A DNA stretch of 31,250 nt, taken from assembly GCA_041497895.1 (NCBI GenBank), contig JBGQHJ010000044.1, positions 1-31,250 on the forward strand. Reading direction: 5' to 3'. The notes beneath the pieces were generated by a model. That model made no database searches. It saw only the letters and a list, made by a program, of their open reading frames with translations, and was not told the DNA's origin. Position numbers and translations under genes: made by a program. This document shows positions 16,416 through 26,868 of the stretch, piece by piece (the stretch's first letter is position 1; each line of letters opens with the position of its first letter). This stretch comes from Candidatus Methylomirabilia bacterium. Its GTDB lineage: Bacteria; Methylomirabilota; Methylomirabilia; Rokubacteriales; CSP1-6.

Positions 16416-17038
16416 GGATCAAGATCTGCGGCATCACGAACCTGGAGGACGCGCGGCTCTGCGTGGCCGCCGGCGCCGACGCGCTCGGCTTCATCTTCGT
16501 GGAAGGCACGCCCCGCTGCGTGACCGCGGAGGCGGTCGCCCGCATCGTGGCCGCGCTGCCGCCTTTCGTGACCCCGGTGGGCGTGTTCTGGGATCACGCG
16601 CCGGGGCAGGTGAAGGCGGTGTCCGAGCAGTGCCGGCTCGGCGCGCTGCAGTTCCACGGCGACGAGGCGCCGGAGGACCTCCTCGACTACCGCCTGCCGG
16701 TGATCAAGACTCTCAAGGTGACGGGCGCCGCCGACCTCGCCCGGATGGCCGACTATCGCGTCTCCGCGTTCCTGCTCGACTCGCCCGCGAGGTGGAGCGA
16801 AGGGCTTGCCCGTCCGCCCATTCCCTGGGACGTGGCCGCGGACGCGGCGCGCCGCCACCCGGTGCTCCTCTCCGCCGGGCTCACCCCCGACAACGTCGGC
16901 GTCGCGGTCCGGCGCGTCCGGCCCTACGGGGTGGACGTCAACTCCGGGGTGGAGGCCCGCCCGGGCCGCAAGGACGAAGCCCGCGTGCGGCGCTTCGTGG
17001 CGGAAGCGCGCGCCGCGGCGGCGGAGCAGCAGCCGTGA
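16412..17038 (+). CDS. trpF: Phosphoribosylanthranilate isomerase
   Basis: [30 protein letters not shown] overlap with trpC. Confidence 0.96.
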   Translation: MRIKICGITNLEDARLCVAAGADALGFIFVEGTPRCVTAEAVARIVAALPPFVTPVGVFWDHAPGQVKAVSEQCRLGALQFHGDEAPEDLLDYRLPVIKTLKVTGAADLARMADYRVSAFLLDSPARWSEGLARPPIPWDVAADAARRHPVLLSAGLTPDNVGVAVRRVRPYGVDVNSGVEARPGRKDEARVRRFVAEARAAAAEQQP

Positions 17039-18288
17039 GCGCGACGCGCGTACGGCCCGGCGCGCTGCCGGACGCGAGCGGCCACTTCGGGCGCTTCGGC
17101 GGCCGCTTCGTGCCCGAGACCCTCATGCAGCCGCTGGTGGATCTCGAGAAGGCCTACCGGGCCGCGCGCGCCGACGCGCGCTTCCGCCGCCGCCTGCGCG
17201 AGCTGCTCCACACCTACGCCGGGCGGCCGACCCCGCTCTACTTCGCCGAGCGCCTGACCCGGCACGTGGGCGGCGCGCGCATCTACCTCAAGCGCGAGGA
17301 CCTCTGCCACACCGGCGCCCACAAGATCAACAACGTGCTGGGCCAGGCCCTGCTCGCGCAGCGGATGGGCAAGGCGCGGGTGATCGCGGAGACCGGCGCG
17401 GGCCAGCACGGAGTGGCCTCCGCCACCGCGGCGGCCCTGCTCGGGCTCGAGTGCGAGGTCTACATGGGCCGGGTCGACGTCGAGCGCCAGGCGCTCAACG
17501 TCTTCCGCATGAAGCTGCTCGGCGCGCGGGTGATCCCGGTGGAGAGCGGCTCGAAGACCCTCAAGGACGCGGTGAACGAGGCGCTCCGCGACTGGGTCAC
17601 CAACGTGCGCACCACCTACTACCTCCTCGGCTCGGTGATGGGCCCGCACCCGTACCCGATGATGGTCCGCGACTTCCACCGGGTGATCGGCGAGGAGGCG
17701 CGGGTGCAGGCCCGGCGGGCCACCGGCCGCCTCCCGGATCTCCTGGTGGCCTGCGTGGGCGGCGGCTCCAACGCGATCGGCCTCTTCTGGCCCTTCATCC
17801 AGGACCGGCGGGTGCGCATCGTGGGCGTCGAGCCGGGCGGCCACGGCATCAAGAGCGGCAAGCACGGCGCCTCGCTCGGCTCGGGCGCGGTCGGGGTGCT
17901 GCACGGGAGCATGAGCTACGTGCTCCAGAACGACGACGGGCAGGTGGCCGAGGCGCACTCGATCTCGGCCGGCCTCGACTATCCCGGGGTCGGGCCCGAG
18001 CACTCCTACTACAAGGACACCGGCCGCTTCGAGTACGTCTCGGTGACCGACGACGAGGCCCTCGCGGGGTTCCAGGCCCTGACGCGCCTCGAGGGCATCA
18101 TGCCCGCGCTCGAGTCCGCGCACGCGGTGGCCCACGCGATGCGGGCCGCCGCGCGGATGAAGAAGACGCAGACGGTGCTGGTGGGGCTGTCCGGCCGCGG
18201 CGACAAGGACGTCCACACCGTCGGCCAGGCCCTCGAGGGCCACGCGGGCAACGGGCGCGGGGTCGTCGGCCGCGGGGGCGCCGGGTGA
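17035..18288 (+). CDS. trpB: Tryptophan synthase beta chain
   Basis: [59 protein letters not shown] 17035 overlaps the trpF stop. Confidence 0.98.
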   Translation: MSATRVRPGALPDASGHFGRFGGRFVPETLMQPLVDLEKAYRAARADARFRRRLRELLHTYAGRPTPLYFAERLTRHVGGARIYLKREDLCHTGAHKINNVLGQALLAQRMGKARVIAETGAGQHGVASATAAALLGLECEVYMGRVDVERQALNVFRMKLLGARVIPVESGSKTLKDAVNEALRDWVTNVRTTYYLLGSVMGPHPYPMMVRDFHRVIGEEARVQARRATGRLPDLLVACVGGGSNAIGLFWPFIQDRRVRIVGVEPGGHGIKSGKHGASLGSGAVGVLHGSMSYVLQNDDGQVAEAHSISAGLDYPGVGPEHSYYKDTGRFEYVSVTDDEALAGFQALTRLEGIMPALESAHAVAHAMRAAARMKKTQTVLVGLSGRGDKDVHTVGQALEGHAGNGRGVVGRGGAG

Positions 18289-19112
18289 AGCCCGCGGCGG
18301 GCCGCGCGCCGTCGCGCCTCGACGCCACCTTCGCCGCGCTGCGGGCCCGTCGCGAGCGCGCCCTCGTCGCCTACTTCACGGCCGGCGACCCGTCGCTCGC
18401 GATCACCCGGCGGCTGGTGGTGGAGGCCGCGCGCCGCGGCGCCGACGTGATCGAGCTGGGCATCCCGTTCTCGGACCCGCTCGCCGACGGTCCGGTGATC
18501 CAGCGGGCCACCCAGCGCGCGCTCGCCGCCGGCGTGACCCTGCCGCGGGTGCTGGAGCTGGTGCGGGAGATGCGGGGCGAGGTGTCGGCGCCGCTCGTCT
18601 TCCTCACCTACTACAACCCGATCCTGGCCTTCGGGCTCAAGGCCTTCTGCCGGACCTCGGTGGAGGCGGGCATCGACGGGGTGATCGTCGCCGACCTGCC
18701 CCCCGAGGAGGCCTCACCCCTGCGGACCGAGGCGGTCGCGGCCGGGCTCGACCTGATCCACCTGGTGGCGCCGACCTCGACGCCGGAGCGCATGCGCAAG
18801 ATCGCGCGGGCGAGCGAAGGCTTCATCTACATGGTCTCGCTCACCGGGGTCACCGGGGAGCGCGCCGCGCTGGCCCCCGACCTGACCCAGCAGCTCCGCG
18901 CCCTCCGCGCGATCACCACCAAGCCGGTGTGCGTGGGCTTCGGGATCGGCACGCCCGAGCAGGCGGCCCTGGTGGGCCGAGCCGCCGACGGCGTCATCGT
19001 GGGGTCGGCCATCGTGCGCCTGGTCGAGCAGCACGGAGGCTCGCCCGAGCTCCTCGCCCGCGTGGGCGACTTCATCGCGGGGCTCAAGGCCCCGCTGCGG
19101 GGCGGGGGCTAG
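18285..19112 (+). CDS. trpA: Tryptophan synthase alpha chain
   Basis: [49 protein letters not shown] overlap. Confidence 0.97.
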   Translation: MKPAAGRAPSRLDATFAALRARRERALVAYFTAGDPSLAITRRLVVEAARRGADVIELGIPFSDPLADGPVIQRATQRALAAGVTLPRVLELVREMRGEVSAPLVFLTYYNPILAFGLKAFCRTSVEAGIDGVIVADLPPEEASPLRTEAVAAGLDLIHLVAPTSTPERMRKIARASEGFIYMVSLTGVTGERAALAPDLTQQLRALRAITTKPVCVGFGIGTPEQAALVGRAADGVIVGSAIVRLVEQHGGSPELLARVGDFIAGLKAPLRGGG

Positions 19113-19114
19113 GC

Positions 19115-19981
19115 GTGGCCTGGTTCTGGAAGAAGAAGGAGGAGGGCGACGAGGACCGGCCGAAGAAGGTCGTCATCGCCGAGGGCCTGTGGGTCAAGTG
19201 CGACTCCTGCCGCGAGATCGTCTACCGCGCGGAGGTCGAGCGCGCCGGCCGGGTCTGCCCCAAGTGCGGCTACCCGTTCCGCATCTCGGCGCGGGAGCGC
19301 ATCGCCCTCATCACCGACGAGGGCTCCTTCGAGGAGCGCGAGGCCGGGCTGCGCTCGAAGGACCCGCTCGCCTTCAAGGACACCAAGCGCTACACCGACC
19401 GGCTCAAGGCGGCCCGGGCGAAGTCCTCGATGGAGGAGGCGGTGGTCACCGGCACCGCGCGCATCGGCGGCTACCCGGTCGCGATCGCGGTGTTCGAGTT
19501 CGCGTTCCTCGGCGGCAGCATGGCCTCGGTGGTCGGCGAGAAGCTCACCCGGGCGATCGAGCTCGCGCTGCAGAAGCGGATCCCGCTCCTGATCGTCTCG
19601 GCCTCCGGGGGCGCGCGCATGCAGGAGGGCATCCTCTCGCTCATGCAGATGGCCAAGACCTCGGCGGCGCTCGCGCGCCTGGCCGCCGAGCGCGTGCCCT
19701 ACATCTCGCTGCTCACCGATCCCACCACCGGCGGCGTCACCGCCAGCTTCGCGATGCTCGGCGACCTGATCCTGGCCGAGCCACGCGCCCTCATCGGCTT
19801 CGCCGGCCCCCGGGTCATCGCCGAGACGATCCGGCAGCCGCTGCCCGAAGGCTTCCAGCGCTCCGAGTTCCTGCTCGAGCACGGCCAGCTCGACCTGGTC
19901 GTCGAGCGGCGGGAGCTGCGGGCCACGCTCCGACGCATCCTCGCCTTCTTCGGCGGACGCGACCCCGCGCCCGCCCCATGA
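19115..19981 (+). CDS. accD: Acetyl-CoA carboxylase carboxyltransferase beta subunit
   Basis: GLWVKCDSC...CPKC zinc finger, GGSMASVVGEK, SGGARMQEG, PTTGGVTASFA, GFAGPRVI. Confidence 0.97.
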   Translation: MAWFWKKKEEGDEDRPKKVVIAEGLWVKCDSCREIVYRAEVERAGRVCPKCGYPFRISARERIALITDEGSFEEREAGLRSKDPLAFKDTKRYTDRLKAARAKSSMEEAVVTGTARIGGYPVAIAVFEFAFLGGSMASVVGEKLTRAIELALQKRIPLLIVSASGGARMQEGILSLMQMAKTSAALARLAAERVPYISLLTDPTTGGVTASFAMLGDLILAEPRALIGFAGPRVIAETIRQPLPEGFQRSEFLLEHGQLDLVVERRELRATLRRILAFFGGRDPAPAP

Positions 19982-21270
19982 CCTATGCGGAAGCCGTAGC
20001 CCGCATCCTCGCCCTCCGCGGTGGGGAGCGGGCCGGCATGCGTCCGGGTCTCGAGCGCATCGAGGCGCTGCTCGACGCGATCGACCGACCCGAGCAGAGC
20101 TTCACCATCGCCCAGGTCGGCGGCACCAACGGCAAGGGCTCCATCTCGGCGATGCTGGCCGCGATCCTCCAGGCCTCGGGGCGCCGCGTCGGCCTCTACA
20201 CCTCGCCGCACCTGCGTCACTACCGGGAGCGCATCCGCGTGGACGGCCGCCCGATCTCCGAGGCCGACTTCGTGGACGGGGTGGACGCGCTCGGCACCCT
20301 CATCGCGCGGCTCGACGCCACCGTCTTCGAGGCGGGCACCGCGCTCGCCCTCGACCACTTCTGCCGCGCGCGGGTGGACGTGGCGGTGCTCGAGGTGGGG
20401 CTGGGCGGCCGGCTCGACGCCACCACCGTGGGCCGGCCGGAGGTGGTGGTGCTCGGGCCGATCGACTACGACCACCAGCTCGAGCTGGGCGACACCCTGA
20501 CCGCCATCGCGGGGGAGAAGGCGGCGATCATCCGCGGCGGGGTGGCGTTCTCGGCCCGGCAGGATCCCGAGGCGGCCGCCGTCGTCGAGCGGCGGGCCGA
20601 CCAGATGGGCGTGCCGCTCCAGCGCGAGGGCCACGAGCTGCGCGTGGTGCCGCGCGGCTTCACCCTCGAGGCGCAGCGGCTCGACCTCGCCGGGCCGGAC
20701 TGGGGTCTCGACGACGTGGCGTGCGGTCTCCTGGGCGTCTTCCAGCCGGGGAACGCGCTGCTGGCCGCGGCGGCGGCCCGGGCCCTGGGCGCGGGTGATC
20801 CGGCGATCCGCGCCGGGCTCCGGGGGGCCCGCTGGCCCGGGCGCTTCCAGGTCTTCCGCCACGACCCGATCGTGATCCTCGACGGCGCCCACAATCCGGC
20901 CGGGGCCCGCGCCCTGGCCGCGTCGCTCTCCGCCTACTTTCCGGGCCGGCCGGTCACCTTCGCGATCGGCATCCTCGCGGACAAGGACGCGGGCGGGATC
21001 CTCTCCGCGCTCTCCCCTCTCGCCGCGCGCATCGTGCTGACCGCCTCCGGGAACCCGCGGGCCGCCCCGCCGGAGGCGCTCCGGGCGCTCCTGCCCGCGG
21101 ATCTGCCGGTGGAGGTGGCCCCGTCGCCGTCGGAGGCGCTCGCCCGGGCCACCGCCGGGGCGGCCGGGGGCATCGTCTGCGTGGCCGGCTCGCTCTCGCT
21201 GATCGGCGACGTCCTGGCCGCGGCGGCCGACGGGCAGGATGTCCTTTTCACCGCGGGGGCCCGCTGCTAG
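19978..21270 (+). CDS. folC: Bifunctional folylpolyglutamate synthase/dihydrofolate synthase
   Basis: GTNGKGS, YTSPHL...RERI, EVGLGGRLDAT, EKAAII, WPGRF, DGAHNP; ATGA overlap with accD. Confidence 0.96.
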   Translation: MTYAEAVARILALRGGERAGMRPGLERIEALLDAIDRPEQSFTIAQVGGTNGKGSISAMLAAILQASGRRVGLYTSPHLRHYRERIRVDGRPISEADFVDGVDALGTLIARLDATVFEAGTALALDHFCRARVDVAVLEVGLGGRLDATTVGRPEVVVLGPIDYDHQLELGDTLTAIAGEKAAIIRGGVAFSARQDPEAAAVVERRADQMGVPLQREGHELRVVPRGFTLEAQRLDLAGPDWGLDDVACGLLGVFQPGNALLAAAAARALGAGDPAIRAGLRGARWPGRFQVFRHDPIVILDGAHNPAGARALAASLSAYFPGRPVTFAIGILADKDAGGILSALSPLAARIVLTASGNPRAAPPEALRALLPADLPVEVAPSPSEALARATAGAAGGIVCVAGSLSLIGDVLAAAADGQDVLFTAGARC

Positions 21271-21281
21271 CATGAGCCTTC

Positions 21282-23531
21282 ATGCCGCCGGTCTCGGCTC
21301 CCGCCCGTTCGATGTGCGGCTCTAGGCGGCTCGCGCGCCCCGCGCGCCCTCTGCTCCGGCTGGGCCTCGTCACGGCCCTCGTCTGGGTCTGGCTCGGCGC
21401 CGGGCCCGGCTGGGCCCAGCAGCCGGCGAACGGCGGCGTCACCCTGAGCGCGGGGGGCGAGGAGGCGAGCGTCGTCGCGGATCAGATCCAGCAGGTCGGC
21501 GGCACCTCGGACCTGCTGATCGCGATCGGCAACGTCGAGATCACCCGCGGCCAGAGCCGCCTGCTCGCCGACCGCGTCGAGCTCAACCGGGACACCGGGC
21601 AGGCGATGGCCCAGGGCAAGGTGGTCTTCTACGACGGGCCGGACCGCCTGGTCGGCGAGCGCATCGACTACAACCTCAAGACCGGCACCGGCGTCGTCTA
21701 CAACGGCTCCGCGGTGTCGGCGCCCTACTACCATCTCTCCGCGGAGCGGATGGACCGGGTCGGCGACAGCGTCTACGAGCTGCGGCGCGGCGTCTTCACC
21801 ACCTGCGAGGGCGACGATCCCGCGTGGTCGTTCCACTTCGCCTCCGGCAAGGCCGACCTGGACGACATCGTCTACGGCCGGGACGCCTCGTTCTGGATCA
21901 AGAGCGTGCCGGTGTGGCCGTGGGTACCCTTCTTCGCGGCCGCGCTCCGGCGCGAGCGCCAGTCGGGCTTCCTCTTCCCGGAGTTCGGCCAGTCCTCGCG
22001 CAAGGGCTTCTTCACGCGGGTGCCGTACTTCTGGGCGATCGACGATAGCCAGGACCTCACGGTCACCCTCGACGCCTTCAGCCAGCGCGGCCTCGGCGTC
22101 GAGGGGCAGTACCGCTACGTGCTGTCGCGCGAGCAGCGGGGAGATCTGAACCTGTTCGGGGTGAACGAGGCGCTGCGCAACGACGCCCACGCGCACGTGC
22201 CCGAGAACCGCGGCTGGGCGTCGTTCCACCACGACTGGCAGATCACCCCGCGGCTGTCGTTCAAGGTCAACGCCAACGTGGTCAGTGACGACGTCATCTT
22301 CCGCGACTACGGCAACCGGCTTCCCGACCGGGCCACCCAGCGGGCGGAGACCAACGTCTTCGTGACCCAGGTGTGGGACGCGTGGAGCCTCCTCGGCAAC
22401 GTGAAGTGGTACCAGGACCTCACGACCCCCGCGCCGGTTGAGCTCCAGCGGGTGCCCGACATCCAGATCGTCGGCATCCGCCAGCCGCTGCCCGGCGTGC
22501 CGGGAGTGCTCTACGAGGCCAACGCGAGCTTCGTCAACTTCATCCGCTTTCTCGGACCCGAGGGTGTTCGGGCCGACTTTCATCCGCGCGTCCTCATGCC
22601 GATCCCGGTGGGCGGGCTCCTGACGGTGACGCCTTTCGCGGGCGGCCGCCTCACCTACTACGACCAGCGTGTGGTCGGCCAGCACATCTCGCTCGCAAGC
22701 GGCCAGCCGGTCGAGGATTCCGTTGAAGATCCGCGGGTGCGGCGCCAGGTCGAGTGGGGCGCCGACGTCGAGAGCCGGGTCTCGCGCGTCTACACCACCG
22801 ACGGCAGCGGGAGCGTGGCCGCGTACCAGCACGTCATCGAGCCGCGGGTGCGGGTCGTCGAGATCCGCGGGATCGACCAGAAGGCGTATCCCAACTACGA
22901 TCCGGGGGCCAGCACCACCACCGGGATCGACCCCGGCTACGAGCGGCGGACCGGGATCGACCGGCTGGGCAAGGCCAACGAGGCGACCTACTACCTCACC
23001 AACATCCTCAACGCCAAGACGGTGGCCGGGCCCGACCAGACCCCCGTCCGCTGGGAGATGGTCCGCTTCACCCTCAGCCAGACCTACAAGATGGATCCGA
23101 TCGCCCAGCCCTTCAAGGACCTCTACGGCGACCTCACGTTCCAGCCCAACCAAAGGATCGGCTTCCACGCCGATGCCCGGTACAATGTGTACAACTTGGG
23201 GTTGCGCGAGGCCAACGCGGACATCCGCCTCATCTACCCGCGCGTGTCCGTCTCGGTCGGCCCGCGCTTCAACGAGCAGGCCAATACCCAGTACCTGCGC
23301 GCGGAGACCCTGGTCAAGGTGCTGAACAACCTCGACGTCCGCGGGGCCACCTCGTGGGACGTCCAGAAGGGGCGGGCGATCGAGAACCGGATCGGCATCG
23401 ACTGGCGCTTCAGCTGCTGGTCGGTGACGGCCGAGTACGTCAACCGGCATAACAACGAGAGCGAGTTCCGGATCATGGTGAATCTGCTGGGCGTGGGACA
23501 GGTGGGTACCTCGGCGCGGGCCGGGTTCTGA
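21282..23531 (+). CDS. lptD: LPS-assembly outer membrane protein LptD
   Basis: Signal peptide; OstA-like N-domain (ADQI...GNVEI...LLADRV), FTTC...PAW, RQSGFLFP, PYFWAI; beta-strand-rich C-terminal region with SCW. Confidence 0.88.
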   Translation: MPPVSAPARSMCGSRRLARPARPLLRLGLVTALVWVWLGAGPGWAQQPANGGVTLSAGGEEASVVADQIQQVGGTSDLLIAIGNVEITRGQSRLLADRVELNRDTGQAMAQGKVVFYDGPDRLVGERIDYNLKTGTGVVYNGSAVSAPYYHLSAERMDRVGDSVYELRRGVFTTCEGDDPAWSFHFASGKADLDDIVYGRDASFWIKSVPVWPWVPFFAAALRRERQSGFLFPEFGQSSRKGFFTRVPYFWAIDDSQDLTVTLDAFSQRGLGVEGQYRYVLSREQRGDLNLFGVNEALRNDAHAHVPENRGWASFHHDWQITPRLSFKVNANVVSDDVIFRDYGNRLPDRATQRAETNVFVTQVWDAWSLLGNVKWYQDLTTPAPVELQRVPDIQIVGIRQPLPGVPGVLYEANASFVNFIRFLGPEGVRADFHPRVLMPIPVGGLLTVTPFAGGRLTYYDQRVVGQHISLASGQPVEDSVEDPRVRRQVEWGADVESRVSRVYTTDGSGSVAAYQHVIEPRVRVVEIRGIDQKAYPNYDPGASTTTGIDPGYERRTGIDRLGKANEATYYLTNILNAKTVAGPDQTPVRWEMVRFTLSQTYKMDPIAQPFKDLYGDLTFQPNQRIGFHADARYNVYNLGLREANADIRLIYPRVSVSVGPRFNEQANTQYLRAETLVKVLNNLDVRGATSWDVQKGRAIENRIGIDWRFSCWSVTAEYVNRHNNESEFRIMVNLLGVGQVGTSARAGF

Positions 23532-24634
23532 TGATCCCGCAGATCGACCTCAAGCGGCAGCACGAGGCCCTGCGCGGTGAGCTGACGGAGGCCTACACCC
23601 GGGTGATGAATTCCTGCCGCTTCATCCTCGGGCCGGAAGTGCAGAGCCTCGAGCGCGAGCTCGCCGCCCTGTGCGGCGCGCGTCACGGGGTGGGGACCGG
23701 CTCCGGCACCGACGCGCTGCTGCTGGCCCTGAAGGCGGTCGGGGTCGCGCCGGGCGACGAGGTCATCACCTCCGCGTTCTCCTTCGTGGCCTCCGCCACC
23801 ACCGTCATCATGGCGGGGGCGACCCCGGTCTTCGTCGACGTCGATCCCGCCACCTACAATCTCGATCCGGCGCGGGTGGAGCGGGCGATCACCCCGCGGA
23901 CGCGGGCCATCCTCCCGGTGCACCTCTACGGGCAGCCCGCGGCGATGGACGCGATCTGCGAGCTCGGGCGTGCGCGCGGGCTGGCGGTGGTGGCCGACGC
24001 GGCCCAGGCGGTGGGCGCGGCCTACGGCGGCCACCCGGTGGCCGCGTGGGGCGACGTCGCGACGCTCTCGTTCTACCCCACCAAGAACCTGGGCGCCTGC
24101 GGCGACGGGGGCATGGTGCTGACCACGCGCGACGACGTGGCCGAGCGGGTGCGGCTGCTCCGCGATCACGGCGCGCCCCGCCGCTACACCCACGTCGAGC
24201 TCGGCGGGTGCAGCCGCCTCGACGAGCTCCAGGCCGCGCTGCTCCGGGTCAAGCTCAAGCGGCTCGCCGGGTGGAACGACCGCCGCCGCGCCATCGCCGC
24301 CCACTACTCCGCCGCGCTGGCTGGCCTGCCCCTCGGGCTCCCGGTCGAGGAGCCACCCGCGTATCACATCTACCACCAGTACACCGTGCGGTCGGCCAAG
24401 CGGGAGGCGCTCGCCGCGGCCCTGGCCGCGCTCGGCGTCGGGACGTCGATCCACTACCCGAGCACGATCCCGGCCCAGCCCGTCTTCTCGCGGCCGAACG
24501 CCGACCGCGAGTTCCCGGTGGCCACCCAGGCCGCGGCGGAGGTGCTCTGCCTGCCCTGCTTCCCCGAGCTGACGGACGCGGAAGTGCAGCAGGTGGTGGA
24601 GGCGGTGAAGCGCTCCGTCGCCGAGGTGATGTGA
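23531..24634 (+). CDS. DegT/DnrJ/EryC1/StrS family PLP-dependent sugar aminotransferase
   Basis: SGTDAL, PVHLYGQ, DAAQA, SFYPTKNLGACGDGG, SRLDELQAA. Confidence 0.95.
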   Translation: MIPQIDLKRQHEALRGELTEAYTRVMNSCRFILGPEVQSLERELAALCGARHGVGTGSGTDALLLALKAVGVAPGDEVITSAFSFVASATTVIMAGATPVFVDVDPATYNLDPARVERAITPRTRAILPVHLYGQPAAMDAICELGRARGLAVVADAAQAVGAAYGGHPVAAWGDVATLSFYPTKNLGACGDGGMVLTTRDDVAERVRLLRDHGAPRRYTHVELGGCSRLDELQAALLRVKLKRLAGWNDRRRAIAAHYSAALAGLPLGLPVEEPPAYHIYHQYTVRSAKREALAAALAALGVGTSIHYPSTIPAQPVFSRPNADREFPVATQAAAEVLCLPCFPELTDAEVQQVVEAVKRSVAEVM

Positions 24635-24635
24635 G

Positions 24636-25958
24636 GTGACCCCGCTCGGTGCGCTCGGGGCCCGGCTCGAGGAGCGCCTGACGAAGCATTCCGCCACCGT
24701 GGGCGTGGTGGGCCTGGGCTACGTCGGGCTTCCGCTGGCGGTGGGCTTCGCGCGGGCCGGCTTCACGGTGGTCGGCGTCGACGCCGATCCGGCGCGCACC
24801 GCCCTGCTGGCCCATGGGACCAGTCCCGTCGAGGACGTGCCGACCGCCGAGCTGCGGCCGCTGGTCGAGAGCGGGCGTCTCCTGGTGCGCTCGACGCCCG
24901 AGGCCCTGGCCGACGCCGACGCCATCGTCATCTGCGTGCCCACCCCGCTCGGCAAGTCGAAGGAGCCCGACATCTCCTTCATCGTGGCCGCCGCGGAGGG
25001 CGTGGCCTCGGTCCTGCGGCCCGGCCGGCTCGTGGTGCTCGAGTCCACCACGTACCCCGGCACCACCGACGAGGTGCTCCTGCCGCGCTTCGCTCGGGGC
25101 GGGCTGCGGGTCGGGGAGGACTTCTTCCTCGCCTTCTCCCCCGAGCGCATCGATCCGGGCAACCGCACCTGGGAGCTCGCGCGCATCCCGAAGGTGGTGG
25201 GCGGCGTCACCCCGGCCTGCCGTCACCTGGCCGAGACCCTCTACCGCCAGATCATCGAGCGGGTCGTCCCGGTGTCGTCGACGCAGATCGCGGAGATGGT
25301 GAAGCTCTTCGAGAACACCTTCCGCAGCGTCAACATCGCGCTGGTCAACGAGCTGGCCATCATGTGCCGGCGGCTCGGCATGCCGGTGTGGGAGGTGATC
25401 GGCGCGGCCGCCACCAAGCCCTTCGGTTACATGCCGTTCCAGCCCGGGCCCGGGATCGGCGGCCACTGCCTGCCGAGCGATCCCCACTACCTCTCCTGGC
25501 GCAGCCGGCTGGCCGGCTACGAGGCGAAGTTCATCGCCTTCGCCGACGAGATCAACGGGGGCATGCCGCGCTACGTGGTCGACCTCGTGCGCGACGCGCT
25601 GAACGAGCAGACCCGGGCGGTGAAGGGCTCGCGCCTCCTGGTTCTCGGGGTCGCCTACAAGGCGGGGGTCGGCGACGTCCGCGACTCGCCCGCGCTCGAG
25701 ATCATCGAGACCCTCCAGACCCTCGGCGCGCACGTCGAGTACGCGGATCCGCGGGTGCCGCAGGTCACGGTGGGGGGCCACCGGCTCAAGGCGGTGGACT
25801 GGACCGAGGCGGACCTCGCCGCGTACGACCTGGTGCTGCTGCTCACCGCTCACGCCGAGTTCGAGCCGCAGCGCCTGGTCTCCGAGGCACGGCTCGTGGT
25901 GGACACCCGCAACGCCACCGGCGGACTCGGCGAGTTCCGGCACGTGGTCCGCCTCTGA
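24636..25958 (+). CDS. Nucleotide-sugar dehydrogenase (UDP-GlcNAc 6-dehydrogenase, WbpA/WbpO-like)
   Basis: GLGYVGLPLA, ICVPTP, ESTTYPGTT, SPERIDPG, KLFENTFRSVNIA, GIGGHC. Confidence 0.94.
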   Translation: MTPLGALGARLEERLTKHSATVGVVGLGYVGLPLAVGFARAGFTVVGVDADPARTALLAHGTSPVEDVPTAELRPLVESGRLLVRSTPEALADADAIVICVPTPLGKSKEPDISFIVAAAEGVASVLRPGRLVVLESTTYPGTTDEVLLPRFARGGLRVGEDFFLAFSPERIDPGNRTWELARIPKVVGGVTPACRHLAETLYRQIIERVVPVSSTQIAEMVKLFENTFRSVNIALVNELAIMCRRLGMPVWEVIGAAATKPFGYMPFQPGPGIGGHCLPSDPHYLSWRSRLAGYEAKFIAFADEINGGMPRYVVDLVRDALNEQTRAVKGSRLLVLGVAYKAGVGDVRDSPALEIIETLQTLGAHVEYADPRVPQVTVGGHRLKAVDWTEADLAAYDLVLLLTAHAEFEPQRLVSEARLVVDTRNATGGLGEFRHVVRL

Positions 25959-26866
25959 GCACCCCGATCGCGGTCCTCGCCGCGCTGCGGCCCCGGCAGT
26001 GGGTCAAGAACCTCTTCGTCTTCGCCGGCCTGATCTTCTCGCAGAGCCTGTTCACCCCGCTGGTCTGGCCCGCCCTCGGCGCCTTCGTGATCTTCTGCGC
26101 GCTCTCCGGCGCGATCTACGTCTTCAACGACGTGGCCGACGTCGAGAAGGACCGGCTGCATCCCACCAAGCGCCATCGCCCGATCGCGCGAGGCTCGATC
26201 CCGATCCCGGCCGCGCTCGTCCTGGGCGTCCTGATCCTGGCCGCCAGCCTGCTGGCCGCCTTCCGCCTCTCGGTGCCGTTCGGGCTGGTGGCCACCGCCT
26301 ACGCGGGGCTGCTCACCGCCTACTCGGTGTGGCTCAAGCACGTGGTGATCCTCGACGTGCTCACGGTGGCGGCCGGCTTCGTGCTGCGCGCGGTGGCGGG
26401 GGCCGCCGCCATCGCGGTCGAGATCTCGGGCTGGCTGGTGATCTGCACGATCCTGATCGCGCTGTTCCTCGCGCTGGGCAAGCGCCGCCACGAGTACCGG
26501 ACCCTGAAGGGTGACGCGGCGGCGCACCGGCCGATCCTGGCCGAGTACAGCGAGGGCTTCCTCGATCAGATGGTGGCGGTGGTGACCGCCTCCACCGTCA
26601 CCGCGTACGCGCTCTACACCATGTCGCCGGACACGGTGGCCAAGTTCCACACCCGGTTGCTCCCGGTCACGCTCCCCTTCGTGCTCTACGGCATCTTCCG
26701 CTACCTCTACCTGCTCTACCGGCGGGAGATGGGCGGCAATCCGTCCGACCTCCTGCTCAACGACCGCGCCCTGCTCGTGAACACCGTGCTCTGGATGGGC
26801 GCGCTGCTCGTGATCATCTACGGGCCCCAGTGGGGGCCCGCGTGGCTCGCCCGGTGGAGCGGCTGA
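25955..26866 (+). CDS. UbiA-family polyprenyl-phosphate phosphoribosyltransferase (Rv3806c-like); probable CTG start
   Basis: LRPRQWVKNLFVF, YVFNDVADVEKDRLHPTKRHRPIA, YS..LKH..ILDV, KRRHE, YGIFRY. Confidence 0.9.
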   Translation: MSTPIAVLAALRPRQWVKNLFVFAGLIFSQSLFTPLVWPALGAFVIFCALSGAIYVFNDVADVEKDRLHPTKRHRPIARGSIPIPAALVLGVLILAASLLAAFRLSVPFGLVATAYAGLLTAYSVWLKHVVILDVLTVAAGFVLRAVAGAAAIAVEISGWLVICTILIALFLALGKRRHEYRTLKGDAAAHRPILAEYSEGFLDQMVAVVTASTVTAYALYTMSPDTVAKFHTRLLPVTLPFVLYGIFRYLYLLYRREMGGNPSDLLLNDRALLVNTVLWMGALLVIIYGPQWGPAWLARWSG

Positions 26867-26868
26867 GC

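Noticed and set aside
16412..21270. trpF-trpB-trpA-accD-folC clustering as a novel operon
   Set aside because: This gene order is well known in many Gram-negative bacteria.
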